A stretch of 64,000 nucleotides of DNA from Paraspadella gotoi (lineage: Eukaryota; Animalia; Chaetognatha). Positions 43,071 to 56,594 of the stretch are shown piece after piece. The translations under genes were made by a program, and so were the position numbers. A model generated the notes under the pieces. The model was not told the DNA's origin, did not search any database, and saw only the letters and a program-made list of their open reading frames with translations. Within the stretch, counting starts at the first letter, position 1. The number at the start of each line of letters is the position of its first letter. The stretch spans positions 5,216,152-5,280,151 of the forward strand of contig CM119270.1 of NCBI GenBank assembly GCA_051294375.1. The letters run 5' to 3'.

Positions 43071-43179
43071 GGTTTCGCATACAATCAGTGTCTTTTAGGA
43101 CAACGAAATCTGAACTTTCAATAATTACATATTCTTGATCTCATTGCGTTAGTACGAAGCTTATCTTTCATTTTAAAAA

Positions 43180-46100
43180 AAACTGGTAGTCTCAAGTGGG
43201 GAGTGTTCAAGTCGTTTCTGCTCGTTTCGACGGGTGGATCAAGTTTTTCGCTTGAATCGCATCATTATAAGAATCCATTGGTCAAGCCTTTTATAAATAG
43301 TAATACATATGGGTAGATTCTGAAAGTGTAGGGTCTTTGGGCAGGCATTCGAAGTGGAGCGCCGAGCGGAATTTTTCATTTTCATGTATTAAAATGCATT
43401 TGAAGTTGACTTGTTTGACCCCTTCGTAACTTACGTAAACGTAAACAGTCGCTTCTTCAGATAAAGAAAGAACCAAAAACTCCATTTGACTTTATATATG
43501 AAAGCCCATGGTTTTCTCTATCCATTGAGCTAAAAAAAAAGGTAAAAAATTTCCAAGCTTGATTTGCATTGTTTTGGTAATCAAATGAACTCCCCTTTTT
43601 TTAGCTCAATTTTCCCAACGTCATAGCCACGAAGAATGTCCATTTTGAATTACATGGTATAGAAACTACAGTGTCTCTACTTCATTTTTTATGGTGTGAG
43701 CGCGAGCTATATTCTAAACGTTCTTAAAATAAAAATACCGAAGAAATCCAAAGCGGCATTTTGCTATCGATTAACATTTTATAATGGGCACCCAACGAGA
43801 TAATGGACTCGTACCGCGAATCCGAATCCGAAAACAATCTCCTCGGACGAGCAACGGGTTTGCCGAAAGAGAATTTATTATAATAGAAAAGAAAGAAAAA
43901 TTTAAAGCTAAAAACAATTTTATAAATTTTAATTAATACATATATATTAAGAATAATAGTAAATTTAATAAGTATTATATTAGGTATTTCATAAACGCGT
44001 GCTCGTTCTGCTTTGTTTTGATCTCATTCGTCTCAAGCCGACGTCGGAGTTATGTTCATTGCAGTTGTCGTTAGAGGATGGAGAGAAAGCGACCCTCCTC
44101 GGGACCAGTGACTCTTTATTAATGGACATGGCGCACTGCTCACCAAAGCGGAATCACGACAGCTAGAATATTTAAAAATGTATTTATGTACATATTAAGG
44201 ATTATGTATAATTATTAATGCACCCTCTATTTTTCAAACCAGTATAAAACCTAAGTATTTTGTTTGTCCGTTTGGGTGACCGTTTGGGAGAGATCATTTT
44301 ATAACCTCTAACCAAATAAATAATATATATAATCAATCTGTCACTACGTATTAGTGTCCTTTTTGGGTCCACTCTCTCTCTCTACATAGCCAGTTTTCCA
44401 TCTTCTGATACGGTTCATAATTTATATTTTACCATGTGGTTTTTGAGACCGGCTCAGTTTGTTTCAAGGTGTATACAGTTGGAATCGTCCAATCGTCTCG
44501 AGAAAAACGTTCGTTGTTTACGAGTTTACATACTACATTATTTTGTCACGATTCGTTTCTGCTATCATAGTGTACAATTACAGCGCCGGTACAAAAATCG
44601 CTGTCATTCATAAAAATATATGGATATTTATTGATTTTTTTAAAAGTTAGAGTAGAAATATTAAAGTCATTTATGTGCTTTCAAATTTTATATTGATCAG
44701 TTAGATATGCTTTGACAATGAGTGAGGAAAGTTAGGCTGTGTACAAATCGGTTCATTTTCTTATACTAGACCTATTTTTAAATTAAAATTTTTTGTTTTT
44801 TACTTTCGGTAAAGTTATTCTGAAGAATGTTGAAATAAAAATATTGTTAATATAGATTATTTCCGAAAGCCCTTTCAAATCTAAAGAGAATGACATATTA
44901 TCATATATGTTGTAGTATTGAAAGAGAGCAGGTGAAATGACTGATGTTACGATGACAGAAATGCCCTCTAAATAAGCTCTCACGCCCCCTGGCTTCAGGA
45001 TCAGGCTTGTTAACCCATGTTGCACGGCGGGGGATTTATATATCTCTCATGCCCCTCTTAATGCTAGGCGTCAGCCACCGGAGCTACGAACCCCGGTATT
45101 ACCTTTGGGTGGGAGAGCGAATGGACTTGCATCAAAGCACCAATGGCTGCCCTGGGTCATGAACGTGTGGTGATCCTTTAGGCCACCATTACATCCCCCC
45201 TCCACGTAGGGAAGAATCTCGCGCTAGCGTATCCCATGATGAGAATTGGTGTGGCGGAAAGTGCATCGCAGGTTGAGGCCTTGTCGCACTGAAAAGTGTT
45301 GTTCGATATAGTTCGGAAGTCGGCTCGCCCAATGAAGAGAGATGAGATAATTAGTTGATGATGTGACAGGAACCGTTCGAATATAAGCAGAATCGCAGAT
45401 CCGGATCAGGCTGTAACACCATGTTACAGAGCGGGTTAAGCGCCCCGTCCCTCTTAAACTGCTAGGGAGCCACACGGGCTAGAACCCGCGACGCTTCGAG
45501 TATGAAGGAAGACGAATGACTGCCATCCAAGCACACAATGGCCGCATGATTAAGATATAACTGGGTTGGTAGGATTTATCACCATAGTAAAAGATAATAA
45601 CCGGCCAGCTTTAATTTAATTAGGAGTACTCCAAGAAAAATGAGACAAATCTTATCCAAATCAATAGCGTGGACCGGTGAAAATTTAAGATTATTTATCA
45701 ATGTGATTGGACATGCGTGAATCTTATTTTTTTAAGTTACGTTGTCATAATACTTAGTATAAATATAAATATTTATTATATAATAATGTTAAAATAATCA
45801 TATATTGTTAAAAAAAAGATTTAAAATTTAGGAATACAACAATCAACGCACAAAAAGTGAATGGGTAGGACTTAGAAATATGAGAGAACATTTCGTATGG
45901 AGATATCAATTACAATTCAAATATATTGTTTAAGAGACGTTATTGCTGAGGGAATATTAAAATTATTGTTAATAATCTTAATAAAGACTAAGTTTTGTTT
46001 AAGAAAAAATGTTAAAAAAGTTGAAAAAAAATAAAAGGAGATTTAAAAAACAGTGAGTGAAAATGGAAACCCCGATTTTACAAGCCAACTTCATCTATCT

Positions 46101-46620
46101 CAAGTTGCAAACAGATATCTATACTGATAAAAACAAAGATCAGAATATAATATTGTGAAAATACAATAAATAAAAGAATGCTTTAATATATATTATTCTA
46201 CTCAACTAAATATTTAAAATCAATGAAAAATAACCAAACAATAAGGTTTGCAAAGTAGACAGCGTTTTGATTTTACCGGAGCAGGCTTAGTAGAAATTCA
46301 CATGGTGAATCTAATGGAATGATATAAAGTACGATTGTGGCAAGAACGACAAAAACAAGAACAACGATTTTACGCATTGTAAGAAATAAATCACGAAGAA
46401 TGCGAATCATCTAGAGCATGATAGGAATGTACATATCAGTCAGAAGAACTACTTGTACATAACCAAACTCTATTTGGAACCGAGCGATTCTAATAACTAC
46501 GTAAGACTAAACGCTGATGACAAGCGCGTGGAGAACGAATATATAGTGCTTGACATAGATAAAAAGGAAGACAAGAGAAGATAGAAAGCAAGGAGAGTAA
46601 AGAGAACTAATCTTTCTCTT
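43180..46620 (+). other. Unplaced ~3.5-kb segment (repeat element or mis-recruited read); also at 53154-56594 and, inverted and degraded, at ~4500-7910
   Basis: Not homologous to the sequence upstream of 30250, which the inverted copy should continue into. It matches 3942-7910 instead. Confidence 0.6.
44910..45545 (-). mobile_element. Possible tRNA-derived SINE, ~630 bp (duplicate at ~54884-55519)
   Basis: GC-richer island absent from the homologous 5690-5710 junction. The minus strand begins GCGGCCATTGTGTGCTTGGATGGCAG...CATACTCGAAGCGTCGCGGGTTCTAGCCC, a tRNA-like head with B-box-like GGTTCTAGCCC at 45476-45486. Confidence 0.35.
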
Positions 46621-47230
46621 GAGAGAGAGAGAGAGAGAGAAAAGAAAGAGAGAAAGAGATAGAGAGAAATTTTGACTTTGAATTTGAAATCTTATTAAGA
46701 AGAATTATTACCAATCTTTGGTGAGCATTTTTTTCTCTCTTTAGAGCCATCTTATTTCCCCAATAAATTACAATTAATGGTGGTTACATTGTTTCCTACA
46801 ACGCTTGTTTTTTTTTCTGAAATAGATTATTTCAGTTAGCATTGATAAACCTTCAATCTTGCTTTACAAATTGCAATAAAACTATGTACTAACTTTATTT
46901 CTAGTTCAATGTTCACATGAAAATTAGGTGGCTTCTCGACAGTATTTTTTCTTTATTCGGCATCTGCGATTTCATGCCTTAAATGCCGTTTAGATTAAAC
47001 TTTTCTGGCCTCAAGATTTGAGTCAAATCTTTCCTCGTTGCTTTTCATATTCAAATGTTTGTATAAAGAAAGAAGAGAAAATGAACGAAAGGGGGAAAAA
47101 AATAAAAGAACAATCTCTTTCAGTCTCGGGGCATCTCGGGTCTTAAGGAAGGGACTCAAAGCCCCTTTAATCCTGGCAAAGAATCGGCACAAAAATTGAT
47201 TGAATNNNNNNNNNNNNNNNNNNNNNNNNN

Positions 47231-47241
47231 GGAACCGGCCA

Positions 47242-47298
<57 letters not shown>

Positions 47299-48963
47299 GT
47301 TGGATAAATTTGGAGATGAAAAGAGTTACTCGTTATTTCTTAAGAGGATAAAAAGTTGACCAACAACTGTAAACTTATCCAAATTCAAATTAATTAACTC
47401 CCACTCCTCTTCTCTCTCTCTCTTTCTCTTCTCTCTCTCTCTCCTTCTCTCTCTTCTCTCTCTCTCTCTTTTCTCCGCCTCTCTCTCTCTCTCTCTCTCT
47501 CCTCTCTCTCTCATAAATTTCAATTCAAATTTTCCGATCTTTGCCAATAAAGGGCTTTAGTCACATTCCATTAGACCCGGAATCCCGAGACTAAAAGGAT
47601 TGTTTCTTTTAGTTTTTTCCCCCTTTCGTTCATTTTCTCTTCTTCTTTTATACAAACATTTAATATGAAAACAACGAGTAAAGATTTGACTCAATCTTTG
47701 ATCCAGAAATGTTAATCTAAACGCATTTAAGATGTAATCGTTGCAGATGCGATAAAGAAAAAATACTGTCGAGAAGCCACCTAATTTCATGTGAACATGA
47801 CTCAGAATAAGTTTAGACATATTTATTGTCAATTTGAAAGTCAATTGAGTTTATCAATCTAATGAAATAATCTATTTCAGAGAAAAAACAACGTTTAGAA
47901 ACAATTAACCAACCATTAATTGTAATTTATTGGTAAATAAGATGTTCTCTAAAAAAAAAAAAGTGCTCACCAAAGATTGTGTAATAATCTTCTTAATAAG
48001 ATTTAAATTCCAAATGTCAAAATTTCTCTCTATCTCTTCTCTCTTCTTTCTTCTCTCTCTCTCTCTCTCCTCTCTCTCCTCTCTTCCTCTCTCCTCTCTC
48101 TCTCTCTCTCTCATTCGTCACTCTCTCTTTCTCTCGTCCTTTCTCTCTCTCTCTACTCTTCTCTTCACTCTCTCATCTTCTCTTCTCTCTTCTCATCCCT
48201 CTCTACTCTTTTTCTTCCTGGTCACCGCCTCATTAGAATAACTAATCAATTCTGCATTCTCAAAAGGCTTCATAAACTTTGCCACGGGCAAAGCTATGAT
48301 GGATATGATGACTACGACGACGAACGATACGGACGATGGACCGGACGACGACGCTGATTGGCCGTCAAGGATTATATGTTCCCAGTTTATCATCCTTCTT
48401 AATTTTTATCCCGGTCTGTTATAGAATTGCTATTCTGGTTTTCCACCTTAGTTGGCATTTCTCTCTCTCTCTCCCTTCTTTCTCTCATCTCCCTCCTCTC
48501 TCTCTTCTACTCTTCTCTCTCTCTCTCTGTTTCTCTACCTTCTTGTAGACCGAATCCTCTAAATTAAAATATTTTATTATCAGTGTAAAATAGACACACT
48601 GTTTAAAAAGATACTTAATGGGTTTCGTTCGATTATGCTCTTTTATTTTCTATTTTTAACCTTTTTAGCGAATTTTATAAAATTATATAGAAATTCGAGT
48701 CATAAAAACAACTACAATACCAACTAGGGTCCATTTTATAAAAATTGTATAAATAAATCTGATTTTTTGTAAAACAAAATTCATTTTTATATTTTTTGCT
48801 TAAAATAAAAAAACAATACAATGAAAAATTAGTTTTACACTTCTCCTCATCTTTTCTCATCTGGTACTGTCTCATTTTCTTCGCTTCTCTCTTTTATCTA
48901 TTCACAATCATATTTTCCTCTTAATGCTTTCTCTCTCTCTCCTCTTCTCTCTCGTCTCTCTCT

Positions 48964-49003
<40 letters not shown>

Positions 49004-51159
49004 TCTCTCTCTCTTCTCTCATCTCCCCCATTCTCCGAATAACAAGCCGCTAGAAAGTCAATTACAATAAAGTCAAAACTGGTGAGCCAAGTTTAAAAAT
49101 TCTCTTTTTTTTTAAGTTTGAACTTTAACGGCAGGAAGCTAATTTCCCGATGCGCGAACTTTGGAAGACGAGTACTTATAACAATCTAAACGTACGGACG
49201 ACGACGACGAAGGACACCACGACAACGACGTACAGCACACGAGGTAGTAATTACAAAACGATTAAAAAGAAACTACGACACATCACTACACGCAAGGACG
49301 TAACAGACGCAATACTATCAGCGACTAGTACAAGAATAACTTATTAAGTAAAACAGAACGGACGGACGACACGGAACGACGATAACTTCACCAGTAAAGA
49401 GGACAACGACACGACACGAAGACACGACTCAGATTCACCCGAGAAACACTGCAACTTGATTACTCTGGCCTAGAAAATACAAAGAGGAAAAAAATTAGGG
49501 TCAAATTTAAAATAAACAAAACGTAATAAAAATGAACAAAAAAAAAAAAAGGGAAAAAAAAAAAAAAGGATAGTAAAAAGATCAAAACGAAAAAAAAAAA
49601 GAAAAAAATAAAAAATAAGAAGAGGAAATAAAAAAATGAAAATAAAAGAAAAAATAACAAGAAAAAAAAAGAAAAAAAGAAAAGAAAAAAAAGTTTTATT
49701 GCGGCGACGTTATTGAACTCGGTATTTTGAAGGTAGGAAATTGCGAGAATAAAAAGGAAAAAAGGGAAAAAAAAGTGTAGAAAGAAAGAAAAAATAAAGA
49801 AAAAGAGAAATAAAGAAGATTAAAAGAACAATAAAAGAGATAGAAAAGAAAGAAAAACGAAAAGATTAAAGGAGACAAAAAAACAAGGTGGCTACGGAAC
49901 ATTAATAAATGTAAGGAAAGGATAAGAAAGAGAGAGAAAGACTTTTTTTTATAAATCGAAATGATAAATTATTCATCAACGAATACCCAACATACAAAGG
50001 TAAGTGAATAAAGACATATACCAGTTTAGAATATAATTAAAACTTTAATTACGAACATGTTTAAAATCACAAGAATATACATAGTTAAACTATAAAATAA
50101 ACTATATTCCAAACGAGGCACTAATCATTAATTCATTACAGGTATTAGATATCTTTTTTAACTGCTCTTACTCTACCAACGGATAGTAAAATAATCATTG
50201 TAACTATCAATCGACATCATCCACTAATAAGGTGATATTCATGGATACTAATATTAAATGCGATGCGTAGTATCCAATTAATTTACTCTTGAGGTCTAAG
50301 TAGAAGGCTCGTTTTTTTTTTTCTAAATCCTAAGCATATTAATTTGTTCTCAAACTAACTTGTAAATATTCAAAAATAAACAAAATTTAAAAGAGAAAAA
50401 CTTAGGATTTTGATCTTGAAGTGTTTTTTTCCACACAAGATAAAATACAAAACTTGAATTATGTCCAAGTGTGGTACTGATAACTTGTAAACTATAAACT
50501 GATAAATCTGATGAGAGTTTTAGTTTAGATTACACTGTGAAAGAAAAAACCAAATCATAATGCTTTCACACTTTCTGCCCTCGATACCTCACAACTTCAC
50601 TTAACAATTTAAACTCATTGCTCCATTATCTTTCTTTTAATATCCACTAATCAGCGCATTAATCAATATATATATAGTTTTACGGAACATGTGATTTTAT
50701 TTTGTATTAACACAATACATAATTAATATCTTTCGGTTTATCGGGTTTATTATCAAGTACACGCTTGTACATAATGAACAAATTAAAAACTTGAATTAAG
50801 ACGAAAAGAATCCCCTGCCCTCCGAATCGAACGTTGTACATGGTCTTGATTTGTCTCTTTCTCCGTAATTTGAGAAAAGAGAAAAGAATCACAAATGACT
50901 CACGTCACGGGTACCAAGGTAAGGAAGCTCTAACGAGAAAGGTGGGGAAGGCGATGGAATGGCAAGGTTATTTAGATAATGCATGAAAAATGGCAATAGA
51001 ATGGCATCTCTCGCTGGCCACCTTGTTCATACAACCCGATTCATTCCAGGATTAACCTCTCGTTTATGTCATTTATGCAAATCAAAACCGACCAAAGAAT
51101 ATTTGTGGAGAGAGGAGAGAGAGAAGAGTCAGAGAATAATGAATGGAGAGGAGAGTTAG

Positions 51160-51190
<31 letters not shown>

Positions 51191-52720
51191 GAGATAGAGA
51201 GAGTAAGATATGAAAGGAGGGTTAGATGGACTGGTTACGAGCACGTATTCCCGCTCCCGGGCTGGAATGTCGATTACTCTCTCTGGGACGCATAAGCGAT
51301 GGAACGCCCGCAGTTATAATGCGCCGAGTTCAAACTTGGTTATTTTTCATGTGTTGGACGAGGCTGAATATCCATAACCGGTAGAGAAGTCAGCGGAGTT
51401 TCGAATCTTTCCCATTGCGCGGACGTTTGATTTGCGTTTAATCTGTGGAAATTCGCGATATGAGAGTCAATGGACCCAGATAGAAAAAAGACATAGTTGA
51501 ACTGCTCCAAATCAGCGGGATCAAGCGACCGCATTTTATAATGTCTCGAATCACTTCAGTCGGTTCGGTCGGTATGTCTGTCTGGACGTCGGTCTTTCCC
51601 ACGTAGGCGTTAATAACGTCTTCGCATAATACTCTATGGTAAGACTTTATCAATTTAATTCGTATTTTGTAGAAGGTAAGGCCTTTACCACATAAATAAA
51701 TACCTTATAACATTACATATTCGTATCAGACTTTGGAAATTCACAATGATCGAAATGCGCTCATTGACCTAGAAAATTCAATTAGAAAAATAACTCATGA
51801 AATTTCCGAAGTTTTTTAAGTTGTTGCGAACTAATTTAGGTACGTGATATTATTGTGCATATGCTTCATTACTGTTTATTGTCACGTCACTAATCGAGAT
51901 TTTAGGACCACTGATCACTAAGTAAATGAGGCACGTTCACGTTATACTGCGTTGAAACTTTGCAGATAAGTCATCAAACACTTTGCGACCCTTTGTTACA
52001 CATTATCTTCATAGTTATGTAGTTCTCGTGATTCACTTCGGAAATGCACGCAAAAGTCACTGCGGCTCGACAACACGTAGAAGGACCGGTCCTTTTTGTT
52101 GTTGTTGTTTTGTTCATTGAGAGAAATTTCACAAACTGCACGGAAATTTGCTCTGCCTCAAAAGAGAAATAAATGGACGTTCTGTGCATAGATGATTAAA
52201 TAGAGACCAGGAGGAAGATAAAGTATAAAGCTCTCGGCAATAAGGTAGGGAAAAAGATAAGGAAGAGAATTGAAAGGCAGGACTGAAGGTTTAGGAAGAA
52301 AGGAAAGGCAGGAAAAAGTCGGTAAGTGTGTTAAGTGCGTTAGTGGTTTGGTAGGACTCGAAGCGTGAGGGAAGATAATCCTTTTTTCTTCAAAGCCAAT
52401 GGAAACGATTGGCATATATAGAATCCTTGGCATTCTCCTCTCGACCTCTCATGTCTCCCAATTTTTGGCATAACTTAATCGTCTCTTTAGGATGAGTTGA
52501 AAATTCGACGAGGTGCGGTGCCTTTAAACGAACTCCTTTCTGGGGGACGTAATGACTATGGACAGGGACGGAGACGGAGAAGGACACACGACACGACAAC
52601 GGACGGACGGACCCTGACGACGATTTAATGACGACAAAGACGGCACCGAATTTATTGAGAGCTTCATTAAAAAAAGATCCTCATTGAAAAGCAAATCAGG
52701 AAAAAACCGGTTTTAGCTAA

Positions 52721-52752
<32 letters not shown>

Positions 52753-52785
52753 TAGAGAGAAGAGAGGAGAGAGAGAGAGAGAGAG

Positions 52786-52822
<37 letters not shown>

Positions 52823-53044
52823 GAGAGAGAAGGAGAGATGAGAGAGAGATCACGTTCATGCCGGTGGACGCGGATAGCGCAGCCCATCAACTCGGAAATG
52901 AAATTAAACGTCGAAAAAAAAAAATCCGGTTTTTGAAGAAATTTCTCGTTTTTAATTAGCAGGTTTAAAGTGAATCGCGTTTGGCCGTTAATGTTGAAGT
53001 CGAAATTTCGCGTTTTGAATCGAATAATTATTTAACGTAATAAC
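47231..53044 (-). repeat. Second inverted copy, of ~30317-35915
   Basis: Begins ggaaccggccaaacgagag, the exact rc of sequence ending at 35915, immediately after a 25-N gap; deletion-rich noise. Confidence 0.93.
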
Positions 53045-56000
53045 GGTTTCGCATACAATCAGTGTCTTTTAGGACAACGAAATCTGAACTTTCAATAATT
53101 ACATATTCTTGATCTCATTGCGTTAGTACGAAGCTTATCTTTCATTTTAAAAAAAACTGGTAGTCTCAAGTGGGGAGTGTTCAAGTCGTTTCTGCTCGTT
53201 TCGACGGGTGGATCAAGTTTTTCGCTTGAATCGCATCATTATAAGAATCCATTGGTCAAGCCTTTTATAAATAGTAATACATATGGGTAGATTCTGAAAG
53301 TGTAGGGTCTTTGGGCAGGCATTCGAAGTGGAGCGCCGAGCGGAATTTTTCATTTTCATGTATTAAAATGCATTTGAAGTTGACTTGTTTGACCCCTTCG
53401 TAACTTACGTAAACGTAAACAGTCGCTTCTTCAGATAAAGAAAGAACCAAAAACTCCATTTGACTTTATATATGAAAGCCCATGGTTTTCTCTATCCATT
53501 GAGCTAAAAAAAAAGGTAAAAAATTTCCAAGCTTGATTTGCATTGTTTTGGTAATCAAATGAACTCCCCTTTTTTTAGCTCAATTTTCCCAACGTCATAG
53601 CCACGAAGAATGTCCATTTTGAATTACATGGTATAGAAACTACAGTGTCTCTACTTCATTTTTTATGGTGTGAGCGCGAGCTATATTCTAAACGTTCTTA
53701 AAATAAAAATACCGAAGAAATCCAAAGCGGCATTTTGCTATCGATTAACATTTTATAATGGGCACCCAACGAGATAATGGACTCGTACCGCGAATCCGAA
53801 TCCGAAAACAATCTCCTCGGACGAGCAACGGGTTTGCCGAAAGAGAATTTATTATAATAGAAAAGAAAGAAAAATTTAAAGCTAAAAACAATTTTATAAA
53901 TTTTAATTAATACATATATATTAAGAATAATAGTAAATTTAATAAGTATTATATTAGGTATTTCATAAACGCGTGCTCGTTCTGCTTTGTTTTGATCTCA
54001 TTCGTCTCAAGCCGACGTCGGAGTTATGTTCATTGCAGTTGTCGTTAGAGGATGGAGAGAAAGCGACCCTCCTCGGGACCAGTGACTCTTTATTAATGGA
54101 CATGGCGCACTGCTCACCAAAGCGGAATCACGACAGCTAGAATATTTAAAAATGTATTTATGTACATATTAAGGATTATGTATAATTATTAATGCACCCT
54201 CTATTTTTCAAACCAGTATAAAACCTAAGTATTTTGTTTGTCCGTTTGGGTGACCGTTTGGGAGAGATCATTTTATAACCTCTAACCAAATAAATAATAT
54301 ATATAATCAATCTGTCACTACGTATTAGTGTCCTTTTTGGGTCCACTCTCTCTCTCTACATAGCCAGTTTTCCATCTTCTGATACGGTTCATAATTTATA
54401 TTTTACCATGTGGTTTTTGAGACCGGCTCAGTTTGTTTCAAGGTGTATACAGTTGGAATCGTCCAATCGTCTCGAGAAAAACGTTCGTTGTTTACGAGTT
54501 TACATACTACATTATTTTGTCACGATTCGTTTCTGCTATCATAGTGTACAATTACAGCGCCGGTACAAAAATCGCTGTCATTCATAAAAATATATGGATA
54601 TTTATTGATTTTTTTAAAAGTTAGAGTAGAAATATTAAAGTCATTTATGTGCTTTCAAATTTTATATTGATCAGTTAGATATGCTTTGACAATGAGTGAG
54701 GAAAGTTAGGCTGTGTACAAATCGGTTCATTTTCTTATACTAGACCTATTTTTAAATTAAAATTTTTTGTTTTTTACTTTCGGTAAAGTTATTCTGAAGA
54801 ATGTTGAAATAAAAATATTGTTAATATAGATTATTTCCGAAAGCCCTTTCAAATCTAAAGAGAATGACATATTATCATATATGTTGTAGTATTGAAAGAG
54901 AGCAGGTGAAATGACTGATGTTACGATGACAGAAATGCCCTCTAAATAAGCTCTCACGCCCCCTGGCTTCAGGATCAGGCTTGTTAACCCATGTTGCACG
55001 GCGGGGGATTTATATATCTCTCATGCCCCTCTTAATGCTAGGCGTCAGCCACCGGAGCTACGAACCCCGGTATTACCTTTGGGTGGGAGAGCGAATGGAC
55101 TTGCATCAAAGCACCAATGGCTGCCCTGGGTCATGAACGTGTGGTGATCCTTTAGGCCACCATTACATCCCCCCTCCACGTAGGGAAGAATCTCGCGCTA
55201 GCGTATCCCATGATGAGAATTGGTGTGGCGGAAAGTGCATCGCAGGTTGAGGCCTTGTCGCACTGAAAAGTGTTGTTCGATATAGTTCGGAAGTCGGCTC
55301 GCCCAATGAAGAGAGATGAGATAATTAGTTGATGATGTGACAGGAACCGTTCGAATATAAGCAGAATCGCAGATCCGGATCAGGCTGTAACACCATGTTA
55401 CAGAGCGGGTTAAGCGCCCCGTCCCTCTTAAACTGCTAGGGAGCCACACGGGCTAGAACCCGCGACGCTTCGAGTATGAAGGAAGACGAATGACTGCCAT
55501 CCAAGCACACAATGGCCGCATGATTAAGATATAACTGGGTTGGTAGGATTTATCACCATAGTAAAAGATAATAACCGGCCAGCTTTAATTTAATTAGGAG
55601 TACTCCAAGAAAAATGAGACAAATCTTATCCAAATCAATAGCGTGGACCGGTGAAAATTTAAGATTATTTATCAATGTGATTGGACATGCGTGAATCTTA
55701 TTTTTTTAAGTTACGTTGTCATAATACTTAGTATAAATATAAATATTTATTATATAATAATGTTAAAATAATCATATATTGTTAAAAAAAAGATTTAAAA
55801 TTTAGGAATACAACAATCAACGCACAAAAAGTGAATGGGTAGGACTTAGAAATATGAGAGAACATTTCGTATGGAGATATCAATTACAATTCAAATATAT
55901 TGTTTAAGAGACGTTATTGCTGAGGGAATATTAAAATTATTGTTAATAATCTTAATAAAGACTAAGTTTTGTTTAAGAAAAAATGTTAAAAAAGTTGAAA

Positions 56001-56594
56001 AAAAATAAAAGGAGATTTAAAAAACAGTGAGTGAAAATGGAAACCCCGATTTTACAAGCCAACTTCATCTATCTCAAGTTGCAAACAGATATCTATACTG
56101 ATAAAAACAAAGATCAGAATATAATATTGTGAAAATACAATAAATAAAAGAATGCTTTAATATATATTATTCTACTCAACTAAATATTTAAAATCAATGA
56201 AAAATAACCAAACAATAAGGTTTGCAAAGTAGACAGCGTTTTGATTTTACCGGAGCAGGCTTAGTAGAAATTCACATGGTGAATCTAATGGAATGATATA
56301 AAGTACGATTGTGGCAAGAACGACAAAAACAAGAACAACGATTTTACGCATTGTAAGAAATAAATCACGAAGAATGCGAATCATCTAGAGCATGATAGGA
56401 ATGTACATATCAGTCAGAAGAACTACTTGTACATAACCAAACTCTATTTGGAACCGAGCGATTCTAATAACTACGTAAGACTAAACGCTGATGACAAGCG
56501 CGTGGAGAACGAATATATAGTGCTTGACATAGATAAAAAGGAAGACAAGAGAAGATAGAAAGCAAGGAGAGTAAAGAGAACTAATCTTTCTCTT
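50924..56594 (+). repeat. Duplicate of 40950-46620
   Basis: Same sequence, including read-error-like deviations from the primary copy; offset 9974. Confidence 0.97.

Larger units (their letters stand above)
40950..46620 (+). repeat. 5.67-kb segment duplicated, apparently identically, at 50924-56594
   Basis: All ORF-track entries recur with identical translation at a constant offset of 9974 (41067/51041, 42000/51974, 43291/53265, 45224/55198); both copies end gagaactaatctttctctt. Confidence 0.97.

Noticed and set aside
46608-46640. PacBio SMRTbell adapter remnant at the end of the fill (atctttctctt)
   Set aside because: Too short and indistinguishable from the surrounding CT/GA microsatellite; the diagnostic CCTCCTCCTCCGTTGTTGTTGTT core is absent.
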